Shown here: positions 36,771 through 48,700 of the stretch, piece after piece
Numbering within the stretch: the stretch's first letter is position 1
Layout of the letters: the number at the start of each line of letters is the position of its first letter
DNA from: an uncultured virus (IMG/VR IMGVR_UViG_3300025937_000005)
Lineage: Duplodnaviria; Heunggongvirae; Uroviricota; Caudoviricetes
IMG/VR virus record: IMGVR_UViG_3300025937_000005
Strand: one strand, 5' to 3'
DNA: 64,000 nucleotides
The notes under the pieces: generated by a model
What the model was told of the DNA's origin: nothing
Database searches by the model: none
Seen by the model: the letters and a program-made list of their open reading frames with translations, nothing else
Made by a program: the position numbers and the translations under genes

Positions 36771-39700
36771 ATGTCTGCATCAGGTGGTGGAGGAGGTCAA
36801 CCCCTCTCAATTTTATTCAAGATTTTGGGTATTAATGAAGCCAAGGCAGCCCTGTCAGCCCTGGTTCCCGAAGTTGGAAAGATAGGGTCAGCCGCAGATG
36901 CAGCCGGCAAAAAGGTGGGTGTAATAGCCGATTCTGTCAAAAAAACGGGTTCGGCGAGTTCAGGACTAAAACCCATCTCGGACAACCTAAACAAGATAGA
37001 CACATCCGCCACCAAGGCAGCAGGCTCCACAACCAAGGTACAGGGTGCGATGGACAAGTCCAAGACAGCCGTGACCGGATTCACAGCAGCATCCAACCAG
37101 TCCTCAGCATCCGTAACCAAGTTGTCAACCGGGCATGAACAGTTGGCATCAACCGGCACAAAGGTGGCCGATTCCCAGGGAAAGGTCAGCAAGTCCACTG
37201 GTGATGTGAAGGTCTCGGCTGATGCCGCCTCCGGCTCAGTTATAAAGGTGGCAAAGTCACAGGATGATTTGTCAACCTCATCCGGCAAGACATCCGGCTC
37301 ACTTGACAAGCAAAAAGGCTCACTAAAGGGAGTCACAGATGAATCCAAGGGTGCAGAAGGCGGCTTAACAAAGGTAAAGGGTGCAACTGACCAGGTAGGC
37401 GGCTCATCCGAACAGGCATCAACCAAACAGGGAACATTGAGGTCATCATTTGCGTCCACAATGGGGGCCGCTGCATCCTTGGGTGGTGGTATTACTTCTT
37501 TATGGCAGACCTACGATTCCCTTTCAGACGCACAGTTGAGGGTCGACAAGGCAACCAACACACTTCACACAACCCAGACAAAAATCCAGTCACTGCAAAT
37601 CCAGTTGAACAAACTGACAGCAGATGGAAAGGAGGGCACTGACCAATACCGTTTAGTGCAGGAAAAACTCAACATTGCCAACGACAAACTTGTTGCCAGT
37701 GAGGGCACTTTGCAGAACGCACAAGAGGACTTAAACATCACACAGGCACAGTTCTATCAACGTATAATCCCAGAAACAATAACCGTTTTGGGTTCAATGT
37801 CAACCCTGTTATCCAATTCCGGTGGCTTGTTGGGCAAGTTCAAGGATGGATTGTCCAACCTCTCAATAGAGTCACTAAAAACATCAAAAGTTTTGTCCCT
37901 TATCTCCCTTTCAAATCCCTTCTTTATTGCGTTAACAGTGGGTGGTGGTATTGTAGCCGCCTTTGCTACAAACCTGTTTGGGTTCCGTGACGCAATCAAT
38001 TCAGTGGGTGTTGCAATCGGAAACGCATTGGGACCACTAAAACCGTTCTTGACCATGATTGGTTCCCTTGGAGAGGGTTTGGTTAACGCCTTGGGAATGG
38101 GTGGTGACGCCACAAAACAATATGCGGCTGACACAACGGAATCAATGGATACCGCCACCGGTGCAGTTGAGGGGCATAAGACAGCGGTTGTTGATTGGGC
38201 TACCCAAAACAACCAAACACTTGTCAGGGCAGATGCAGCAGCAGCGGGATTCAGCACAGATTTCATATCCAACATGCAGTCAGCAGGTGGGGCAATGCCC
38301 GGCCTTTCAGACTCTGTTGGAACAGCAGTTGGGACATCAATCCAGCATATGGATAACCTAATCAAAAAATCAGAGGAAACATCCGCAAAAATGGGGATGG
38401 CCTTCAAGAAAAATGTTGACTTGGGTGGAGGGGCAACACTGTCAGGTGTGTCGGAAAAGGCCCCACCAACATCCCCTGTCTCCAGTCAGATAGCAGGCTC
38501 AATGGGTGTTGGAAAGGAGATGCTTTCCGGCCCCTGGGAAAGACTGACAAAGGTAATGACACAGTTTGACCCCGTTGCGCAAAAAACATTTTTCAGTCTA
38601 CAGCAACTAAAAACAGAGGCAAAAAACGCTGGTTTATCTTCTGCTGACTATAACTCAGTTCTGACATACCTAACAAAGTCACTTGACTATGAGGCCGTTT
38701 CCGGCACAAAGGTTGTTAATGTGTCCAGCGCACTCGCGGACGCCGTAAAAAGACAGAGAGACATCCAGGCCGAAAGCAACAAGATAATACAGGAGGGTGG
38801 AAAATGGCATGCCTACACATCAAAGGAACTTGGAAACGAGTCAAAGGCGTCCAAACTCGCAACCGGGACAACACAGGCCCTATCTAATGCCCTTAGTGAT
38901 GTCAGTGAGGGTTCCGAGGCAACAGTTGGCTCAACAAAGAAACTTGTTGGTGGTCAAAAGGTTCTACAGGACATGTTTGGTTCCCTGTCAGATGATTCCG
39001 TTGCCTATAATGAAATACTCCATAGTCAGTCAATGATGCATGACCTTGTTGCCGGTGGTGTAAAGAGACAGCAGGTGGCAATGCAAAAGGCTGTTATTGA
39101 TGTTATTGCCAACACAGCGGCATCAGGGGAATACACAAAACAGTTGAGCACCCAAAGGGGACAGTCAGTTGAGGTTGCCCAAGGCATATTAAAACAAAAT
39201 GACGCATTTAACCAGGCAAAGGCATCCATGCTGCAAAACGCTGGTGCGTTGGTTGTCTTGTCAGACTCAACAAAAATGGCGGACGCAAAAAACGTAGCGT
39301 TTGCGGACGGTATATTCAAGACAGTCATAGCCATAAAAAACCAGCAGATAGCCACTGAGGAAACACGTGGGGAAATAGCAGCCCTGATAGCGGAACAGAT
39401 AAGGGGTGAGGCACAAACCACCGCCTATAACAAGGGATTTTATGACCAGGAAAAGCAGTTCCAGTTAAACAAGATAGCAATTTTTGAGACACAGGGCAAG
39501 TTGGAGGCAATGCACCTTGAGTATCAGAGTGGTGAGGCACAGATACTGGCCTACAACAAGGGAATACTCGCACAACAGGAGGCTTTCGAGCAGGACAAGT
39601 TAAAGGCCAATGAGTTGCAGGGCACAATCGCTGAACTCAATGCCGAGGGAAGGAGTGGCCAGGCCCAGATAGTGGCGTTTAACAACGCATTTTTCGAGCA

Positions 39701-42632
39701 GGAGTTGGCATTCACCAAATCAAAGACATCCGCTGACGCCTTACGGGGAACTGTGGCGGCAATGAGAAAGGAATACAACGTTGCATCCGTCATAGCCTTC
39801 ACAGCCGCCTTCGAGGACCAAAACAAGAAGTTTGAGGATGACAAGTTGGCCGTTGATGCCCTCGGTGGCACCATATTGTCACTAAAAGCCCACATGGAAA
39901 CTGGGGAAGCAACGGTTATGAACTTCAACAAGGGCATGAGGGAGCAGGAAATAGCCTTCTTAAACTCTATTTCAGCCATTGACCAGGAAGAGGGGGCCAT
40001 TGCGTCACTCATTTCCCACCTTAATGACGGAACTGCACAAACCGTTGCCTTTAACAAGGGAATGTATGACCAAAGGAAGGCGGTTCTGGAATCCATAACA
40101 ACAGTTGAGCAGTTGGCAGGCTCTGTTTCAGAATATGCAACCGCAGTTGACAGTGGATTGCCCTCCATCGTGTCATTTAACACAGGTGTATTAAACCAGA
40201 AAAAATCCATGCTGGATATGAGGGTAGCAACAGCCGGCACTTTGGGAACGATACGGGAACTAACCTCACAGTTGACCGACACAAATGCCATAATCACCAG
40301 ATACAATTCCGGTTTTGCGGAAGGCAACAAATCAATATTGGAGTGGGCCAATGGTATAGCAAGCGCCAGGGGTGCGGCATCAGGGGCACAGTCAGCCTTT
40401 AACTCCCTTGCAGGTTCACTTGGTGAAACACTGCCGGAGGGATTTAACGCATCATTGGATGCCCAGAAAGATTTTGTTGAGGGAATGCAGGGCTTACCAA
40501 GCAAGGTTCAGGGTGTTATTGACAAGATGAGTCAAAGCGCTCAAGAAATAGGTTCATCACTGTCTGAGGGATTTTCCAAGGGAAGCAAGGAACTTGACAA
40601 TGTGTTTGCCGGCATGGGTGAGAAACTTGGATTTGAGTTGGACAGTGAGATGCAGAGTGCTTTCAACGCTGCTGAGATAGCGTCCCAGTTGAAATCCAAA
40701 CTTGAGGCCGGATTTAAGGCATTAAGTTCAGTTGACATTAACATGCCAGGTGCCTTTGCCAAGATAGCAAATGGTGTTATTAGTCAGATAGGTGACGCCA
40801 TAGCACATGACCCGCGACTTGCCACCATGGGAAAGCCAATCATAGACACACTTGAAAAACTGAAACTTAGTCCAGCCAGCACACAACTTTGGACACAGTT
40901 GGAGGGATATATTAACAATTTCAAGTCCAATGCCACCACAGCCGCAGCAGTGCAAAAAAATCTTACTGCCGAAATGGGAAATCCGGAGGGTGCAAATAAA
41001 ATGGTTGCCAACCTTGGAACCGGTATTCAGGCCCTTCAAAAATACCAGGGTGCAATAGCAGCAACACAAAAGGTTGTCCAAAACTACCAGCAGATATTAG
41101 GACATATGTGGGACAATGCAATAGGCCCAAGTGGTCAAACTGGTCTGGGTGAGTTGGGTGAAAAACTAAAGGGAACGTCAGCCGACAAGTCAACACCAGC
41201 CCCCAAAGGAGGAACAGACCCATTTGCCGCACAGATGGCGTCCGCAGAGGCATTCAAGGCAAAACTGACGGAAATCCAAACACTGGCACAAACCACCGCA
41301 ACCAACATCACCACGGCCTTCACCACAATGGGGACAGCGTTTGGCACAACAGTCACAACAATGTCAGCAGCAGCGGGAGCAGGTGCAACCATAATAGGAG
41401 GCGCACTTGCCAAGGGATTCCAGGTGGCCGGAACCTACATAACAACACTGTCATCCAACTTTGGTTCACAAATAACCGCAATGGGTTCAGCCGCAGCCGC
41501 AGGAGCCATAATCATTGGAGTGTCATTTGGAAAGGGATTCCAGGAGGCACAAAAGTTTGCAACCACATCAATCCAGTCAATGACAAAAATGATTCAGGGA
41601 TTTCCAATAACTGTAAGGCAGCCAATCCTTCAAACCGCCACACTGATAGCAACCGGTTTCCAGCAGGGGGAGAAGTTCGCAAACACCTCACTACAGGCAA
41701 TATTGAGGATGGCAACCCTTTCTCTTGGAAAGATAGGTCCGGCCGCACAGACAGCAGGCAGGGCAATAGGGAATGGTATAGCAGCCGGGGCAAACCAGGC
41801 CTCATCAGCACTTTCAAGCATGGCGTCAAGGGCGTCATCGGCATTCAACTCCATAGTGTCATCGGCAAACAGGGCCAGGTCATCGGTGCAGTCACTGGCA
41901 AGCGCAATCAACTCTCTAAGAAGCAAGACAATAACAATCACCACAGTCTACAGGCAGGTCATCCAGCGTGTATATGCAGCCAAGGGATTTGGCCCGGCAA
42001 TTGTGAACTCACCAATGAATCTGACAGTGGGTGAAAACGGCCCCGAAATGGTCAATGTCATTCCAATGTCCAGCAGCGCACCCAACAACACAAGGAGCAC
42101 CATTAATATGCCGACCTCAACAATGACCACAAACAACAGAACAAACTCAACATCAACCCTGTCCCGCTCAATAGCGAACAACATTATTGGGGGTAACAAC
42201 ATCAACTCATCATCATCATCATCATCATCACAGCAAAACTCGGTGATAAACAGGTTCAATGAGTCAGTGTCCCGAATCTCAAACACGTTCGACAAGCAGG
42301 AGTCAAGAATGGTGTCATCAAACATCCAGAACATATCATCGGTGAGAAACTCCGGAGGCTATTCATCCAACACAGGCGCAACAAACTACAACACAACAAA
42401 CGTTCCCAACATATCATCGGTGAGGAATAGTAACGTCTACAATTCCGGTGGTGGCACTGGAACAGGCGGTGGCCCTGTGGAGGGAATAGTGGCAATGGTA
42501 AAGGACATCATAACATCAGCGTTTGCCCAAACAACAATAAACGTGACAAGCCAATCCATAATGGATTCAGACTTGGTGTATGAAAAACAAAAGAAGCAGT
42601 TTGGCTTGAGAAATGGAGCGGTACTGAAATAG
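36771..42632 (+). CDS. tail tape measure protein
   Basis: 1953 aa, A/G/S/Q-rich helical, hydrophobic segment, C-terminal AAKG..VGENGPEMV.VIP. Confidence 0.92.
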   Translation: MSASGGGGGQPLSILFKILGINEAKAALSALVPEVGKIGSAADAAGKKVGVIADSVKKTGSASSGLKPISDNLNKIDTSATKAAGSTTKVQGAMDKSKTAVTGFTAASNQSSASVTKLSTGHEQLASTGTKVADSQGKVSKSTGDVKVSADAASGSVIKVAKSQDDLSTSSGKTSGSLDKQKGSLKGVTDESKGAEGGLTKVKGATDQVGGSSEQASTKQGTLRSSFASTMGAAASLGGGITSLWQTYDSLSDAQLRVDKATNTLHTTQTKIQSLQIQLNKLTADGKEGTDQYRLVQEKLNIANDKLVASEGTLQNAQEDLNITQAQFYQRIIPETITVLGSMSTLLSNSGGLLGKFKDGLSNLSIESLKTSKVLSLISLSNPFFIALTVGGGIVAAFATNLFGFRDAINSVGVAIGNALGPLKPFLTMIGSLGEGLVNALGMGGDATKQYAADTTESMDTATGAVEGHKTAVVDWATQNNQTLVRADAAAAGFSTDFISNMQSAGGAMPGLSDSVGTAVGTSIQHMDNLIKKSEETSAKMGMAFKKNVDLGGGATLSGVSEKAPPTSPVSSQIAGSMGVGKEMLSGPWERLTKVMTQFDPVAQKTFFSLQQLKTEAKNAGLSSADYNSVLTYLTKSLDYEAVSGTKVVNVSSALADAVKRQRDIQAESNKIIQEGGKWHAYTSKELGNESKASKLATGTTQALSNALSDVSEGSEATVGSTKKLVGGQKVLQDMFGSLSDDSVAYNEILHSQSMMHDLVAGGVKRQQVAMQKAVIDVIANTAASGEYTKQLSTQRGQSVEVAQGILKQNDAFNQAKASMLQNAGALVVLSDSTKMADAKNVAFADGIFKTVIAIKNQQIATEETRGEIAALIAEQIRGEAQTTAYNKGFYDQEKQFQLNKIAIFETQGKLEAMHLEYQSGEAQILAYNKGILAQQEAFEQDKLKANELQGTIAELNAEGRSGQAQIVAFNNAFFEQELAFTKSKTSADALRGTVAAMRKEYNVASVIAFTAAFEDQNKKFEDDKLAVDALGGTILSLKAHMETGEATVMNFNKGMREQEIAFLNSISAIDQEEGAIASLISHLNDGTAQTVAFNKGMYDQRKAVLESITTVEQLAGSVSEYATAVDSGLPSIVSFNTGVLNQKKSMLDMRVATAGTLGTIRELTSQLTDTNAIITRYNSGFAEGNKSILEWANGIASARGAASGAQSAFNSLAGSLGETLPEGFNASLDAQKDFVEGMQGLPSKVQGVIDKMSQSAQEIGSSLSEGFSKGSKELDNVFAGMGEKLGFELDSEMQSAFNAAEIASQLKSKLEAGFKALSSVDINMPGAFAKIANGVISQIGDAIAHDPRLATMGKPIIDTLEKLKLSPASTQLWTQLEGYINNFKSNATTAAAVQKNLTAEMGNPEGANKMVANLGTGIQALQKYQGAIAATQKVVQNYQQILGHMWDNAIGPSGQTGLGELGEKLKGTSADKSTPAPKGGTDPFAAQMASAEAFKAKLTEIQTLAQTTATNITTAFTTMGTAFGTTVTTMSAAAGAGATIIGGALAKGFQVAGTYITTLSSNFGSQITAMGSAAAAGAIIIGVSFGKGFQEAQKFATTSIQSMTKMIQGFPITVRQPILQTATLIATGFQQGEKFANTSLQAILRMATLSLGKIGPAAQTAGRAIGNGIAAGANQASSALSSMASRASSAFNSIVSSANRARSSVQSLASAINSLRSKTITITTVYRQVIQRVYAAKGFGPAIVNSPMNLTVGENGPEMVNVIPMSSSAPNNTRSTINMPTSTMTTNNRTNSTSTLSRSIANNIIGGNNINSSSSSSSSQQNSVINRFNESVSRISNTFDKQESRMVSSNIQNISSVRNSGGYSSNTGATNYNTTNVPNISSVRNSNVYNSGGGTGTGGGPVEGIVAMVKDIITSAFAQTTINVTSQSIMDSDLVYEKQKKQFGLRNGAVLK

Positions 42633-42633
42633 A

Positions 42634-44424
42634 ATGCCACTTACAGACGATCAAACATACTCGATTTTCTACAACAAGCCATTCAAATACTATATTGAAC
42701 TGCTGGACCCAACCGAAGCAACCCGCCTCTATGTTTCTGACGGCTTTAACCCATCGTCATCAAACCTTGTTGTTGAGCAGATAGACATAAACCAGGCACA
42801 GTGGGACACATGGACAGCCTCCATCCAGGTTGATGATTCTGTTTTCAACAACATTGACCCAGACATGTTTGACAATGGAATGGTCATGAAGATAAAGTTT
42901 GGCAAGTCATTTGGTGATTCGGTCAACGCCTTCTATGGCATTGTTGACTCGGTTGGCCCCACCCGAAGGGGTTTGGGCAAACTGTCATGGCAGGCAGAGG
43001 CCAAGGGTTTTGGTGTGGTGCCAAACTACACATATACCGACTTCCAGAAGGCCCCGCCACCCGAATCACTGTCAACCGGTGCCGTGATATCAAACCCATC
43101 ATCAATTCCCTTCTTTGCAAACAACCTGATAAAGACGTTTTTCCAGGATGCCAATGTCATGCCCTTGTTGGACTATACCCTGGAGCAGAGGATGGGGCCA
43201 AACTTCAGCCTGGAGTTTGTATCTGACGCAGTTGTTGACTTCATACCCGGCATAAAGTCACCACTGGCAACCGCATCAGCGTTAATCAACATTGTGGCGA
43301 GGATGTCCGGGGCCATATGGTATGTTGACCAGAACAAGAAACTACAGTTTAGGTATCCGTATGGTGACAACCAGGGTGTCATCATAACCGACTCATGGAA
43401 CATACTCGACTCTGGTGACTACACGGCATATGTCCACCCTTCATCATCATTTTCGTATAGGGACTCCACACGACCAGAGGACGGGTTTGCAAACCAGTTG
43501 TTTGCCGTGGCGGAGGAAACAAACCAGATAGGCATGAACACCACCGCCATTTCGTTTACTTCTTTGGCGGACAAGAATCTGGCGTTTGCCGTCATACCCG
43601 GCGTCACAAAGTTCAACAACATGACATTCATAATGTCCAAGGTTGGGGCCGGGACAGATGACGCCAATCCCGCCATAGCAAAGGTAAGGGGTATGATAGT
43701 GACAGACAAGGAAAAGTCCCCAACAGGAAACGTCATAGCCAACTTCTCCATTCCGGTTTCGTCAATCACCGACTCACCACAACCCATACTGAAGATAGAC
43801 CGTCCCACATTCAGGGACATTCAAATTGACAAACTCCACTGGATTGTCTTTTTTGGGTCAGGCTCCGGTGATGACAACACGGTTCGCCTGTGGCATGATG
43901 ATGACAGGACAACGGCATCAACCCCCGACAATCCACGGTACACAGCCATGCAGTTCCACAGAAACGGCATAGACAACAAGAGGTTTTTGAAAAGGGATTG
44001 GTTTGTGTCCGCACAGGGGCCACAATACTCAATTGCGTTTGCCACCACAAACAATATGCTGGTGGAGGCATCAGACCCAGCCTCCATAGAAAAATGGAGT
44101 CCAGGAAGGCCGGTGCAGGCCAGGGCAACAATCCCCTCCTTAAAGAACATACAGGCAACACAGCAATACCTCCAAATCCTGGTAACTCAAACATCACAGG
44201 CAATCCGAAACTACGGCAACCTAACCGTGTCCATCCCCAACATTCTCATAGAGCCGGGCACAGAGGTCCAGGTTGTTTCTGACAGGATTCGGGATTTGTA
44301 TTTTGACAACAACAGGGTCGCCACCGTGAAATCAGTAAACTACTCCTTGGACGTGAGTGACTTTAGTGTTGGCAGCAAGCATTGTGAGGTGTCACTCCGT
44401 GGCTATAGAAGCCCATTTGAGTAA
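42634..44424 (+). CDS. tail tip/hub protein
   Basis: Follows the TMP; WYVDQNKKLQF, IEPGTEVQV, TVKSVNYSL hub-like motifs. Confidence 0.65.
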   Translation: MPLTDDQTYSIFYNKPFKYYIELLDPTEATRLYVSDGFNPSSSNLVVEQIDINQAQWDTWTASIQVDDSVFNNIDPDMFDNGMVMKIKFGKSFGDSVNAFYGIVDSVGPTRRGLGKLSWQAEAKGFGVVPNYTYTDFQKAPPPESLSTGAVISNPSSIPFFANNLIKTFFQDANVMPLLDYTLEQRMGPNFSLEFVSDAVVDFIPGIKSPLATASALINIVARMSGAIWYVDQNKKLQFRYPYGDNQGVIITDSWNILDSGDYTAYVHPSSSFSYRDSTRPEDGFANQLFAVAEETNQIGMNTTAISFTSLADKNLAFAVIPGVTKFNNMTFIMSKVGAGTDDANPAIAKVRGMIVTDKEKSPTGNVIANFSIPVSSITDSPQPILKIDRPTFRDIQIDKLHWIVFFGSGSGDDNTVRLWHDDDRTTASTPDNPRYTAMQFHRNGIDNKRFLKRDWFVSAQGPQYSIAFATTNNMLVEASDPASIEKWSPGRPVQARATIPSLKNIQATQQYLQILVTQTSQAIRNYGNLTVSIPNILIEPGTEVQVVSDRIRDLYFDNNRVATVKSVNYSLDVSDFSVGSKHCEVSLRGYRSPFE

Positions 44425-44452
44425 ATACTTTATAAATTAATGCTGTCCATAA

Positions 44453-44470
44453 TCTATTGTTAACAATAGA
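44453..44470. promoter_or_regulatory. 18-bp perfect palindrome at a gene start
   Basis: TCTATTGTTAACAATAGA; the last A is the A of ATG; variants at 57320 and 61834. Confidence 0.6.
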
Positions 44471-45153
44471 TGGCTCAACTTCTGTCACAGTGCAAACTAA
44501 TTTCTGTTCCTGAATCCGATATCAAGCAGGCTTCCACAACAACAAAGGGGCCGCCAATTCTGGGTGTCCAGCGCGGCATAACATGGTCTGTTGATGACCA
44601 CCAAAAACTACAGGATTACATGTCCCTGATAAGGCTGTATGAATGGCATGGTGACCATGAATCCGCTTTTATGCTTACCGCTTATCTCAACATTTACATC
44701 CGTAAACAGTATAATGATCACAGGCCCACAACCCTTTACAAGACAAGAGTTGAGGCCATTGACGCTGAGATAGGGATGAATAAGATAACCTCCACCGGTA
44801 TCATAGGGATAGTCAACATACTGGCAAACCAGTCAATCCGGTTTTACTTCTACATGAGCATGGGATTGGGCACAACACCGGAGGCAATCGGGCAGAAAAA
44901 ACTGACTTCTGAGGTGGCCCGACTGTCTGTCCTAAAGGACGGCTCAATGGCTGCCCGTGGGAATGTCTGGAACCATGTCGGCAACTTTGGGTATGGGATA
45001 CCAACCAACAAGTATTATGAGTTTGGGATACACGACTCTCCCCTGGAGCCGTCTAAAATGCTGTCAAGGTCTGTTCTTTCAACAGGGTTGCAGCAGACAC
45101 AAAACGAGTCCTTCTTAACAGCGTCACACTCTGCCATATTCATCCCAAGATGA
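44470..45153 (+). CDS. minor tail/baseplate protein
   Basis: NKIT..G..YMSMGLGTTPE..QKKLTSEVAR..EFGI..MLSR. Confidence 0.65.
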   Translation: MAQLLSQCKLISVPESDIKQASTTTKGPPILGVQRGITWSVDDHQKLQDYMSLIRLYEWHGDHESAFMLTAYLNIYIRKQYNDHRPTTLYKTRVEAIDAEIGMNKITSTGIIGIVNILANQSIRFYFYMSMGLGTTPEAIGQKKLTSEVARLSVLKDGSMAARGNVWNHVGNFGYGIPTNKYYEFGIHDSPLEPSKMLSRSVLSTGLQQTQNESFLTASHSAIFIPR

Positions 45154-45200
45154 GTTCCTCATTAAAATTAATACCCTTAAAGTTAAATTACTCCAAGGGT

Positions 45201-45764
45201 ATGTGTCAATTGCTAAAGTTGACAGATGAAGTTAAGGTTTTAAAAGTATTTGAAAGTTTCGTTCTAGGCTCATGTAAATGTGGCTGTGGTGAGCAAATTC
45301 AATTGTATGAACCAAGACATAAAGTATTAAGATATTTTATAAATCATCATCATTCAAGAGGAAAAAACAACAATCATTGGAATGGTGGAAGGTATAAAAC
45401 CAGATTCAACTATATTTTATCATATCAACCTAATCATCCATTTTGTGAGATGAAAGGTTATATAATGGAACATAGATTAATTTATGAACAATTCCATAAA
45501 TGTTGTATGTTAAAATGGGGTGTTGTCCATCATAAAAATGAAGTAAAGGACGACAACAGAATTGAAAATTTAGAAGGTATGACAAAATTCAACCATGTGA
45601 GACTACACCATAAAACAATACCTATTGACAGATTTTGTGTATTATGTAGAACTGGTAAAACAATAATAAATAAAAGAACAAAAAGGCCAGATTGGTATAA
45701 ATTCAAAGACGATTTTATCTGTAGAAAATGTTATGATAAAAAAAGGAGTGGATATTACAAATGA
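45201..45764 (+). mobile_element. free-standing HNH homing endonuclease
   Basis: GYIMEHRL..VVHHKNEVKDDNRIENL; visibly AT-richer than its flanks; frame open from 45150. Confidence 0.88.
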
Positions 45765-48700
45765 GTAGTAGCTGGTCAGAAATAAGGTCAAGGGCCAACA
45801 ACGACCCACTCCTTGACACTATTTCAGACCTACAGGCAAAGGCCAACCAGTCAGAGGCAATTGAGAACATCACAACAACAGACAAGATACCACCAATACG
45901 AATCATAAGGTCAAAGGTTGAAATCCATGACAAGGGCATGATGACAGGATACACCCGACCCCGCAACCCTAACCAGGCCTACTACATGGGTAATGAGCCT
46001 GATGGGAACCACCTTCGACTACAGGTCAGGTTTGACTCTGCATGTGACAGCCTGAACGACTACTCAATGCAGGGCAATACCATAAACATAGGATACCAGG
46101 ATACTTTACCAGTTCTGCTAAAGGCAACCGAGGATGACGGTATTACGGCCGGCGACATGGTTTCAGTCGTGGATGGCGCAACACAGTATTACAGGATTCC
46201 AGTCACAGACACCGTATCAATAAAGAAGATGGTGATTGACGGCAAGCCGGGCATCACCATCATATATCGACATTTTCCCCTGTTTGTGAAAAACGAGTTG
46301 AATTCAGGTGGCATGAAAAGGGCCACGCCTGTCTACTTTATTGAGAATGACCAGGTGGAATACGCCGTGAAATGGGAAGTGGATGATGCGGGTTTTGTCT
46401 ACTTCTTCTTTCGTCACCAGTTCATCAACTATTATGTAAGGACAGTAAACCCAATAATAACACCCCCACCAGTGCCGGACTACTATGCGCCTGACTTTTC
46501 ACCACTTGACTTTGACTCCGCACAACAGTATTATGACATTCCATTTCCAACCCCCTACATCGACCTCGCAATGGAGTTCAACTTTGCGACAAAGGCCATT
46601 TCCGTATATGTCAACGCTGTTTTGGTTCCCACAACAACAACTGCGGTTACGCTTGTGCCACCACTGCCAGCCCCCATTTTCCCACCGGCGTTTGCAGACC
46701 CGCCACCACCACCGGAGCAGCCGGAACCGTTTTTTCAGCCCTATGAGGTTGTGTACAACCAACTGAACGAAACATCATCACTGAAGGTAAACGCAATCAC
46801 AACAACACAGCAAAACGCATTCTACAATGTACAGGGAACCCCACCAACAACAGATCCAATTGAGGTTCTTGTTAAGGTTGACCCACCACCAAACTCCAAA
46901 TATCCGGGTGGACCTGGTGACACCACCCCCACCGTTGACTGGTCCAACATAAACAACTATGTTTTGCTGTATGACACATCAACCACAAACAACGCAGGCA
47001 TATCACTTTCCAACACAACCAACCTGTCAACAGCGGTAAAGGTTGACAGTTCAACTCTTGGTCAGGGTCCAAACCTGGTTGGCAAGATTGTTCACCGGAT
47101 TTCATTCTACTATAAGAGAGTAAATTCAGTAATTGGAACAGTATTCGGTAGGATTTGGGATGCCAGTGGCAATATATTAGTTACCATTGGCGGCGTAGAC
47201 GGATTGGCAATAACTCAAGCCTCTGGACAAAGCGCAGACCCCGTAACAGGATACTCACCTGCCCATGTCAATAACATAGACAACAATCATGTTATGGCCG
47301 TTGGTGACAGGATAGGATTGGAGTTTGTCCCGACTGGGACAGGTGAACTGCTGATACAAATGAGCGCTACAAACACCGAACCGTCCACATCCATATCAAC
47401 AAGGGCTGTTGGTGCGGGAATTGGAACCTGGACAACTGATGTGACACATGACCTGGCAACTAAACTTTGGAGAAAGAAAACCGATATCGAACTTGGTGGC
47501 GGTGTTGATCCTGGCACTGGTGGCGGAACCGGAGGTGGAACAGGTGGCGGAACAACAACCACCCCCGTATTGATAGGTGAAATACCATCAACACAGAATT
47601 CCGGGGCGGTCTTAAGCAGCAGTGACAATGACGCAGTTGCCATGATGATTACAGACACAAGTTCAGGGTTTGGGCAAAAGGTAAACGGTAAGGTAATATA
47701 TCAAGCCAGGTTTTCATTTTCACCAGCCGGCAACCCAACAGGGAGAATGTTCTGTAGGATTTGGGATGAGGATGACAACCCCATTGCACAAATCGGGAAC
47801 TCTGCTGGTGCGGATGTTTCAAAGTTTGCGGCTGCGGATGTTGATGGCTCAGGTTGGATGGCACACATATTCAATGGCACCAACAACACCACTGTCACAA
47901 TGAAGGAGGGATACAAGATAGGTGTTGAATGGAAAACCGATGATGATGACTCTGAAATTCGTGTGCGCAGAGTAAATGACATAGATGACAGTATTTGCCA
48001 GGCATCAAGGGATGTAGGCGAGGATGAGTTTAGCACAAACGAGGCGTTTGACATAAAAGTTACGTTATGGGAGGCTGGTGTCACAACACAACCATCCCCT
48101 CTCCCAGACCCAATACCCCAGCCGGCAGGTGATGGTGGTGCCGCTGACCAGTTCGGCGTGAAGGCAACATACTCATCAGCAACAGGTTCGGCAATTAACT
48201 ATGACTGGATAGAAAACTTTCAGAGTGACAGTTACCGTTTTGACTGGGAAGATTTGGGCACCTCATTCCCGTCATGTGAGATGATAGGTTATTTCAAGTT
48301 TACCAGTAACCCCCCAGACGATGAGGTTGCGGGCAAGATGGGCGGAGGCCAGCACTCAGACGGCTCATCACCAAAATGTTATGTTCTTGGATGTGGTATC
48401 ACAGACGGTAAGACAAGATACAGGTTGGAGGAAAACCATCCCACCACGAACGGCGGCTCCAGTGGTGGAACAGGCAAGACCCTTGGCAACAACTATGTTG
48501 GGTATAAATATGTCAAATGGAACAAGGGCAGTTCAGTCCTTCTGGAAATCTGGCAGGACCAGGGTAACAATGATGGGGCAACCCCCGCCAACAATTGGGT
48601 TCGCCTTGCATCATGGAATGTGACAAGTCCATTGTGGCTTACCCCACCATCCGACCACCAGGAAACTCTCAGGATTGATGGTGTAAATGATAATCTTGCA

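Noticed and set aside
42330..42440. NISSVRNS duplication in the TMP C-terminus
   Set aside because: Short local duplication in a low-complexity linker
45150..45775. Group I or bulge-helix-bulge intron around the HNH
   Set aside because: No room for a ribozyme core and no BHB seen; the downstream gene has its own start
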